Source: a virus. From it: 64,000 nt of DNA. How positions within the stretch are numbered: position 1 is the stretch's first letter; each line of letters begins with the position of its first letter. Shown here piece after piece: positions 58,149 through 64,000 of this stretch. Below the pieces are notes generated by a model that was not told where the DNA came from, did no database searches, and worked only from the letters and a program-made list of their open reading frames with translations. Location: positions 64,001 through 128,000 of IMG/VR virus record IMGVR_UViG_3300020190_000007; one strand, written 5' to 3'. Both the position numbers and the translations under genes were made by a program.

Positions 58149-59591
58149 TTATACTATGGGACCTTGTGGGTCATCATCGTCATCTGTTAATCGTATACCA
58201 AGACCACCCAAGAAGTTTCCCAAATCATCATCATCTGTTTTATCTGTGATTCGTTCCAATTCTTGGTTAAATCTATTAATTGCGTCATTGTAATTTTTAT
58301 CTCTTAACATTTGACCGATACCTTGAAGTAGTACCCCCATCAATCTTTTACCTTCACCAGAACCTGAAACAACTTCTTTTGTGAATACTAAAAATTCTTT
58401 CGCCGGTAATCTAAAGATACTGGTAACTAGGTAATTTTGAAGATAATATGATTCTTCTTCATTAAAAATTTCATCAGGGAATTGTTGTCTGATTCTATCA
58501 TAAATTGCTGGTCCTAATCTTAAATCCCATACCTCTTTTTCTAACGTATCTTCTGATTGTTCAATTTCAGCGAATCTTGGGTCTTCTTTACCTTCATCAT
58601 CTTTTGGTCTTCCTTGTATACCAAATAACTCATATGTACCTTTAATTAATTCGTGCACTAAAATTGGGAAATTTACCGCTTCTACATAAACTGTTGGTGG
58701 TGTTGTACTACGTTTTACTTGTTCTTTTCCACCCATACCAGCACCTCCCATCATACCTTTCATTTGGTTATCACTTAATTGCCAGTATAATGTATCATTT
58801 ATTGACATTAAAATACCGTAGTTAGCAACCAAATTGTTAGAACCTGTAATTTCAGCAAGTTTGTCCGCAACATACGAATACATGTAGTGACCCTTTTTAG
58901 AGACACCTTGTATCATTGCGTTAATCATTCTTCTTTTAGCTCTTTCAAAATCCATTTTTTCCAAATCAGTGGCTAAGTCTTTTTCAACATCAACAGGGTC
59001 AATATTTTGTTGTTGTTGCATTTCTCGATTGAAACCCTCAGGATTTACTTGACCTTGACCGACAAGTTTTGCATCATATTGTATTTTGTACTTTTTACTA
59101 CCATCTGGTAATCTATAAAAAACTTTATAAATTCCATTATCGAATTCAATTCCACCATTATCACCCTCACTTAAAGTTGATTTTTCCTTTCTACTTAAAA
59201 CAGGAATTTCATCAACAGCCAACCTAATACCTAACGCAATCAATTCCGGTCTATGATTTTCTTCTGCTTGTACAATTTCATTATGTGCAGTCATCATCAT
59301 TTGTACCAACGGCATTATCCCACTCTCATCATCTGTTAATCTAACGTTTGAACCAGTAAGTTCCCTCAATCTTGCAACAACTTGTCTGTATCTTTCAGAT
59401 GCTAATAATTCTTGGAAATTTTTATTTGGTTCATCACCCGTTTTGGGTAGAGGGACTTTTTTAAGTGGAGTATCACCCGTAGAAAGAGTTCTCTGTATGT
59501 CTATGTTCGGTCTATCTTCCGAATCAAAATCCATTGGCATTTCGTTTATATCTTCCAGTAAAGATACTAAATCTTTTTTCTTGAATTTCAT
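58149..59591 (-). CDS. Hypothetical virion protein with a zincin-like HELIK segment
   Basis: VEAVNFPILVHELIKGTYELF...DTLEKEVWD; N-terminal LLE/INE sites. Confidence 0.55.
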   Translation of the reverse strand: MKFKKKDLVSLLEDINEMPMDFDSEDRPNIDIQRTLSTGDTPLKKVPLPKTGDEPNKNFQELLASERYRQVVARLRELTGSNVRLTDDESGIMPLVQMMMTAHNEIVQAEENHRPELIALGIRLAVDEIPVLSRKEKSTLSEGDNGGIEFDNGIYKVFYRLPDGSKKYKIQYDAKLVGQGQVNPEGFNREMQQQQNIDPVDVEKDLATDLEKMDFERAKRRMINAMIQGVSKKGHYMYSYVADKLAEITGSNNLVANYGILMSINDTLYWQLSDNQMKGMMGGAGMGGKEQVKRSTTPPTVYVEAVNFPILVHELIKGTYELFGIQGRPKDDEGKEDPRFAEIEQSEDTLEKEVWDLRLGPAIYDRIRQQFPDEIFNEEESYYLQNYLVTSIFRLPAKEFLVFTKEVVSGSGEGKRLMGVLLQGIGQMLRDKNYNDAINRFNQELERITDKTDDDDLGNFLGGLGIRLTDDDDDPQGPIV

Positions 59592-60394
59592 TTTTTAATT
59601 TTTTTCTTTTCGGCTAACGCCTTTGGTTTAGTATCAGGACCTGGTTGTGGTTCAAACGGGTCAAACGGTTCGTCTTCTTGTGGTCTTGTTGGTGTTTTTG
59701 GTTTGGTTGGTGTTTCTGTTGGTGTTTCAACAGGTGCTGGTTGGGCTGCAGCCATGATTGCATCATAAGTCATAAACTCAGGTACACCATTGTGACCTTT
59801 TTTCGCTCTTGTTGCCGGCATTGGTTGAAACGTCGCTTCCATTTTTTCACTAATAATATTCATGATGTCATTTTTAGATGTAAAATTACTGTATTTTGAT
59901 TCAGTCAAATCTAACACCCATTCTTCAACTTCTGAAACACTTTCGTTCATTTTTTTCTTCCAACCTTGTTTTGCTCTAATAGCAAATTTTATTTCGGCTT
60001 CTTGGTCTATAATTTTTTTAGGTACTTTTTTACCTTCGTCTTGATATTTCTTACTTTTTTCTTTTAAAGAATTAAGTTCTTTTTTTAGTTCTACAACTGA
60101 CTTACCAGCGTGTTCACCGGTTTTTTTAACCTTGGTATCACCCTCCCATTTTTCATTTACACCCCCATGTTTTTTGTCCTTACATTTAGGACATACTTTA
60201 GATTCGTAAGTTTCAATGGTTTTACCATCGGCTTTAGCTGCTTCGATATCTTTTAAATTATTCGCTTTAATCATAACAGCTTCTTTAAGAACTGTTTTAG
60301 ATAAAGTTATAAGTTCGTTATCACTTAAACGAGAAAGAGTTCTCTCTGAAAACCCTTCCATTATTAATTCTTCAATGACTAATCTTCTATTCAT
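59588..60394 (-). CDS. Hypothetical (putative internal head protein)
   Basis: Modules bounded by LKE-A, VNE-K, MNE-S, LTE-S; Pro-rich tail. Confidence 0.6.
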   Translation of the reverse strand: MNRRLVIEELIMEGFSERTLSRLSDNELITLSKTVLKEAVMIKANNLKDIEAAKADGKTIETYESKVCPKCKDKKHGGVNEKWEGDTKVKKTGEHAGKSVVELKKELNSLKEKSKKYQDEGKKVPKKIIDQEAEIKFAIRAKQGWKKKMNESVSEVEEWVLDLTESKYSNFTSKNDIMNIISEKMEATFQPMPATRAKKGHNGVPEFMTYDAIMAAAQPAPVETPTETPTKPKTPTRPQEDEPFDPFEPQPGPDTKPKALAEKKKIKK

Positions 60395-60792
60395 GATTCT
60401 TTGAATTTTATTGATTTTTTTTCAAGGGAGATATTCCTTTCTTTTAATTTTTTTGAAACATTTTCATATGACTCACCAAAACGGAAAAATAACCTATCTT
60501 CTTCTAAATCAAAATTAGATTTTTCCCACGCCATAGCAATTATACCATCTACAGCATCAATAACACCGAAATAGTCTGAATTTTGTATTAATTCAAAAAC
60601 TATTTCGGTGTCTTTCAGTAGACCAACTTGGTCTATATATTCAATGTTTGGTGATTTTGGTGTGGATGTTGATGATGCGGGTATGTCAAACCATTCGTCC
60701 ATGTCTATCTCAGTTGATTCACTAAAAATGAATTCATACTGTTTTTGACCCTTATAATCGGTTCCAATTTCGTTGACATATATAAGTCGCAT
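60391..60792 (-). CDS. Hypothetical protein
   Basis: 133-aa ORF coupled to neighbours. Confidence 0.65.
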   Translation of the reverse strand: MRLIYVNEIGTDYKGQKQYEFIFSESTEIDMDEWFDIPASSTSTPKSPNIEYIDQVGLLKDTEIVFELIQNSDYFGVIDAVDGIIAMAWEKSNFDLEEDRLFFRFGESYENVSKKLKERNISLEKKSIKFKES

Positions 60793-60793
60793 T

Positions 60794-61855
60794 TTACTTA
60801 AAGTATTTACCTAAAGTATTAGATATTGTTTTGTTAATTTCTTTTTTGATTTCGTCCAAATCGATTTCCTTAACATCATCACCACCTAAATCAGCGTATT
60901 TTGATAAATCAATTTCTTCTTCCGTTGACATTGGTGTGTTTATAAAACTTTCCAATTTGTCCATTGCGTGCATTTCACCTAAATCAGCGTCAGCAGTTGG
61001 TTCAGCTGGTGTAGTATCGTCATCAGCAGGAACGTCAGACATATCATCAGATGGTTCGTCAGATAACTCTACATCATCCTCAATATCCCTATCGAATTTT
61101 TTACCAATCTCTTCGATATCATCATCCTCCAACTTATCTAAATCTACTGCCGAAATAACCATGTTAAGGACATATTTGATATCGTCACTTTCCATTTTAT
61201 CTTTTTGGTCTCTTAGTTCTTGTCCTAATTTTCCTGCAAATTTTTGGATTTCAGTCATATAGTCAGATGGTTTACCTGATTCATCAGATGGTAAATCATC
61301 ACCCATTTCGTCCCCTTCAGGTGCCATTGGAGTATTACTTTCGGGAGCCATTGGGACATCACTTTCGGGAGCCATTGGGACATCACCACCCATTTCAGGT
61401 GATGGTGGTACGTCACCCTCAGGAGCTACGGGAGCTGGCGGAACCTCACCCATTTCTGGTGATGAAACAGGAGCTTCGTTAGCGGGTTCTGAAGTTGGTT
61501 TTTGTTTTAAAACGTACTTAGTTGCTTCATTTAATTCACGTCCAGATAATAACTCTAATCTTTTTAGTGCTTCCGCATATGAATTAAATTTATTTTTATT
61601 TTTCATGAATAGACCACCGATGTAGTCTAATGAATTTTCGTTTAAACCTTTTTTAACGTAGTATCCATCTTTTTCTCTTACAATACCAAATCTGAAACCA
61701 CTTACGGATTCAGAAAGATATTCAGTTTTAGATACTGGTGATTGGTTAGGGGTAGATGATTTTTTATCATTACCGTAATAGGTCAACTCGAGGATACGTC
61801 TTAGTTTGTCGTCTCCGTTAAGTTTTTCGCTTCCTAATGGTTTTAAATCTGCCAT
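60794..61855 (-). CDS. Hypothetical acidic/Pro-rich prohead protein
   Basis: DDKLRRILELTYY helix, DVPMAPES repeats, late motif at 61893-61900. Confidence 0.65.
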   Translation of the reverse strand: MADLKPLGSEKLNGDDKLRRILELTYYGNDKKSSTPNQSPVSKTEYLSESVSGFRFGIVREKDGYYVKKGLNENSLDYIGGLFMKNKNKFNSYAEALKRLELLSGRELNEATKYVLKQKPTSEPANEAPVSSPEMGEVPPAPVAPEGDVPPSPEMGGDVPMAPESDVPMAPESNTPMAPEGDEMGDDLPSDESGKPSDYMTEIQKFAGKLGQELRDQKDKMESDDIKYVLNMVISAVDLDKLEDDDIEEIGKKFDRDIEDDVELSDEPSDDMSDVPADDDTTPAEPTADADLGEMHAMDKLESFINTPMSTEEEIDLSKYADLGGDDVKEIDLDEIKKEINKTISNTLGKYFK

Positions 61856-61929
61856 TGCTTTAAATGTTGATAATTATATTATTCTTGTATCCTATAAATA
61901 CATGCATATAGATAAAAAATTTACTGTTT

Positions 61930-62718
61930 CTATTGCGGTAAGGACAATTTTTTATTTCGTATTGAACTTTTGATATTAAAAAGTTTTTCGATAAATCCAT
62001 TTCTTCTTAATAATTTGAAGGTTAAATTTTCATAGGAATATTCACCTCCTTTTTCTAATCCTGATTGTCTGAATTTTTTTAGCTTGTCTTTTAGGGTTTT
62101 TATTTCTTTTGAAACATCTCGACCTTTATTGTTTAAATCTTCTAAACGTTCTACTTCTTTTGCGTATTCCTCGGATTTTTCTAAAATTTTCTTCTCATCG
62201 ATTTCAAAAGCTGATTCAAATTTTTTAGGTTCAATAACCCAATCATTATTCAAAACCGAGTAAACACCTGTTGCAAAATACTTGTCATCCACGTCTTGAA
62301 CATACATCTCCACTTCATATCCTTTAATTTTAATATCGGTGGTCTCGTTCCACAATCTTCGTTTTACATCAAAAAATTCTTGTACGATTTGGTGATAAAC
62401 AACTAAATCTTTAGACTCTGATTCATCAAATTCGTCATAATCAATTAATATGTGGATATCAACGTCTGAATATTCAGACCAATTATAGTTTGCTAATGAA
62501 CCAATAAAAATAATATCATAGATGAAAAAATTAACCCCAACAAAGTCGATAAATTCTTCTGTTATTTCTAACATTTTTTTTCGAACTTCTGAATTTAAAA
62601 CAGATTTACCATTATTAATATCAAAGATATCGTTAGGCAATGAATCCTTTGGAACAAAAGATTTTACAATCTCTTTGTTCTTTTCCATGTCTTCAATTAT
62701 TTCGTCAATTACACTCAT
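61930..62718 (-). CDS. Pol-beta-superfamily nucleotidyltransferase
   Basis: IGSLANYNWSEYSDVDIHI (GS...DxD) and a third acidic residue in VEMYVQD. Confidence 0.8.
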   Translation of the reverse strand: MSVIDEIIEDMEKNKEIVKSFVPKDSLPNDIFDINNGKSVLNSEVRKKMLEITEEFIDFVGVNFFIYDIIFIGSLANYNWSEYSDVDIHILIDYDEFDESESKDLVVYHQIVQEFFDVKRRLWNETTDIKIKGYEVEMYVQDVDDKYFATGVYSVLNNDWVIEPKKFESAFEIDEKKILEKSEEYAKEVERLEDLNNKGRDVSKEIKTLKDKLKKFRQSGLEKGGEYSYENLTFKLLRRNGFIEKLFNIKSSIRNKKLSLPQ

Positions 62719-62960
62719 TTGATTTTTTTATATTTATACGTTCTCGATATATTCGAATTAAAAAATTTACCTTGAGATTCTGATTTTTTAAAATTTTCAA
62801 AAATCTCTAGTGGCACATTTTCATATTCATAAATAGAACCATTATTAAATTCAATCGATAAATGGTTTTCAGATGAATTATAAATCGCTCGATTCAGATT
62901 TGATGATGAAACCACAACCTCTGTAATGTTACCTTCTGTTTTTTCTAAAATAATTGACAT
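62715..62960 (-). CDS. KTSC-domain protein
   Basis: VSSSNL..Y...LSIEFNNGSIYEYENVP..F..SESQGKFFNSNI. Confidence 0.9.
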   Translation of the reverse strand: MSIILEKTEGNITEVVVSSSNLNRAIYNSSENHLSIEFNNGSIYEYENVPLEIFENFKKSESQGKFFNSNISRTYKYKKIK

Positions 62961-63002
62961 AATTTTTTTTTTAGATATTAGTATACATAATAAATATCAA
63001 AT

Positions 63003-63023
63003 AAAAAACCCCTTGTAGGGGTG
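63003..63023 (-). terminator. Possible intrinsic terminator
   Basis: ACCCC-TTGTA-GGGGT hairpin with an A6 tract. Confidence 0.45.
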
Positions 63024-63132
63024 TCATTTTTTATTTATGTTTGTGGAAACAGGTATTCCTAAAAACAACTTCTCGGAGTCAACATTTGTTTTTACGGGAT
63101 TCTTTTTGTATACTTAAAGAAAATTATTTCGT

Positions 63133-64000
63133 ATGTCAGTAGATTTTTTCGAAGAAGGAAACACAACCAACCCAAAGAAAACAAGAAAGGGTTCAACCAC
63201 CCCTATCCTTGATAACTTTTCAAGGGATTTAAACAAAATGGTAGAAGAGGGTAAAATTGACCCAATAATTGGGAGAGATGGTGAGGTTAAAAGAATTGCA
63301 CAGATATTATCTAGAAAAAAGAAAAACAACGTAGTGATAATTGGTGACGCGGGTGTGGGTAAATCGGCTTTAGTTGAGAAACTCGCTCAGATGATTGTAA
63401 AAGGAGATTGTCCATCAAATCTTTTAGACAAACGAGTTGTATCATTAGATTTAACATCTTTGGTGGCTGGTACAAAATACAGAGGTCAGTTTGAAGAACG
63501 TATTAAAGCAGTTCTAAACGAAATACAGAATGAACCTAATGTAATTGTGTTTATTGATGAAATACACACAATGGTTGGTGCTGGCAACGCTAGCGGGTCA
63601 ATGGACGCCGCTAATATTATGAAACCCGCATTAGCTCGAGGAGAAATTCAATGTATTGGGGCGACAACATTTGATGAATTTAAAAAACACATCGAGAAAG
63701 ATGGTGCATTAGTTAGAAGATTTCAAAAAATAATTTTGAAAGAACCAAGTAAGGAAGAAACAGTTCAAATTTTAAAAAATTTAAAAGATTCATATCAAAA
63801 TTTTCACAAAGTATTTTATGAACCGGAGGTTTTTGAAACTATCGTGAATTTGTCATCAAGATTTATCACAGACCGTCAGTTTCCCGATAAAGCAATTGAC
63901 GTGATGGATGAATTGGGTTCAGAAAAAAAAATAAATACCAAAATTCCTGAGATTATTGAAAAACTAAAAAAGGAATCTGATGATTTAAAAAATAGGAAGA
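63133..64000 (+). CDS. ClpB/ClpC-family Hsp100 AAA+ ATPase lacking the N-terminal Clp-repeat domain; partial (absent from the ORF track)
   Basis: MSVDFFEE..TPILDNFSRDL..IDPIIGR..GDAGVGKS..LVAGTKYRGQFEER..FIDEIH..KPALARG..GATT..RRFQ..FPDKAID. Confidence 0.93.
   Translation, partial: MSVDFFEEGNTTNPKKTRKGSTTPILDNFSRDLNKMVEEGKIDPIIGRDGEVKRIAQILSRKKKNNVVIIGDAGVGKSALVEKLAQMIVKGDCPSNLLDKRVVSLDLTSLVAGTKYRGQFEERIKAVLNEIQNEPNVIVFIDEIHTMVGAGNASGSMDAANIMKPALARGEIQCIGATTFDEFKKHIEKDGALVRRFQKIILKEPSKEETVQILKNLKDSYQNFHKVFYEPEVFETIVNLSSRFITDRQFPDKAIDVMDELGSEKKINTKIPEIIEKLKKESDDLKNRK

Larger units (their letters stand above)
757..62996. promoter_or_regulatory. Recurrent putative late-promoter motif TATTTATW on the sense strand, about 19 copies
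   Basis: At 757, 12021, 14008, 15528, 18729, 21457, 24417, 28918, 30913, 30938, 41214, 45322, 46717, 52221, 52978, 56278, 58106, 61893 and 62989, each oriented with the downstream gene. Confidence 0.75.
24405..63043. promoter_or_regulatory. Bacteroidota-type housekeeping promoter -7 elements (TAnnTTTG) before non-structural genes
   Basis: TATATTTG at 24405-24412, 28519-28526 and 48983-48990 (minus); TATGTTTG at 63036-63043 (plus). Confidence 0.6.

Noticed and set aside
1099-63329. Many 60-150 aa ORFs nested antisense or out of frame within long genes (e.g. 12239, 12674, 38444, 54545, 60831, 63114)
   Set aside because: They lie inside well-supported genes, have no recognisable motifs and are expected from codon bias
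1-64000. Stop-codon reassignment as in some large Bacteroidota phages
   Set aside because: Core genes are full length under the standard code, and TAG and TGA both appear as apparent real stops
1-64000. tRNA or rRNA genes
   Set aside because: Intergenic gaps are short and AT-rich and I saw no cloverleaf or T-loop signatures; a tRNAscan run would be needed to be certain

Overview
This AT-rich 64 kb window comes from a large T4-like (myovirus, jumbo-type) dsDNA phage. The host is most likely Bacteroidota, based on TAnnTTTG promoters, the absence of Shine-Dalgarno motifs, a Bacteroidota-type bS21 and a DUF4494-like gene. It holds most of the virion module: large terminase, portal, prohead protease, scaffold, major capsid, neck proteins, sheath, tube, tape measure and giant baseplate proteins. 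Interleaved with these are a family B DNA polymerase, an SNF2 helicase, dUTPase, dCMP deaminase, PhoH, three glycosyltransferases, a gp55-like late sigma factor, ribosomal protein bS21, a nucleotidyltransferase/KTSC pair and a ClpB/C ATPase cut by the window end. The least explained element is the 350 bp gap between the sheath and tube genes. It contains a promoter-like site, 10 CTAG (7 AACTAGA) repeats, an AT-rich tract, a perfect chromosomal-type parS palindrome and a bidirectional terminator, and an unannotated ribbon-helix-helix gene lies on the other side of the sheath gene. Together these form a candidate origin/partition locus that may recruit host ParB. Other highlights are a TATTTATW late motif often only 3-4 nt from the ATG, a candidate +1 frameshift before the tape measure gene, an OmpA-like domain inside a baseplate protein, shared putative capsid-targeting and cleavage motifs (including on a WYL protein), mucin-like linkers alongside glycosyltransferases, and several apparent pseudoenzymes. 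All assignments come from motif recognition by eye; no searches were run.
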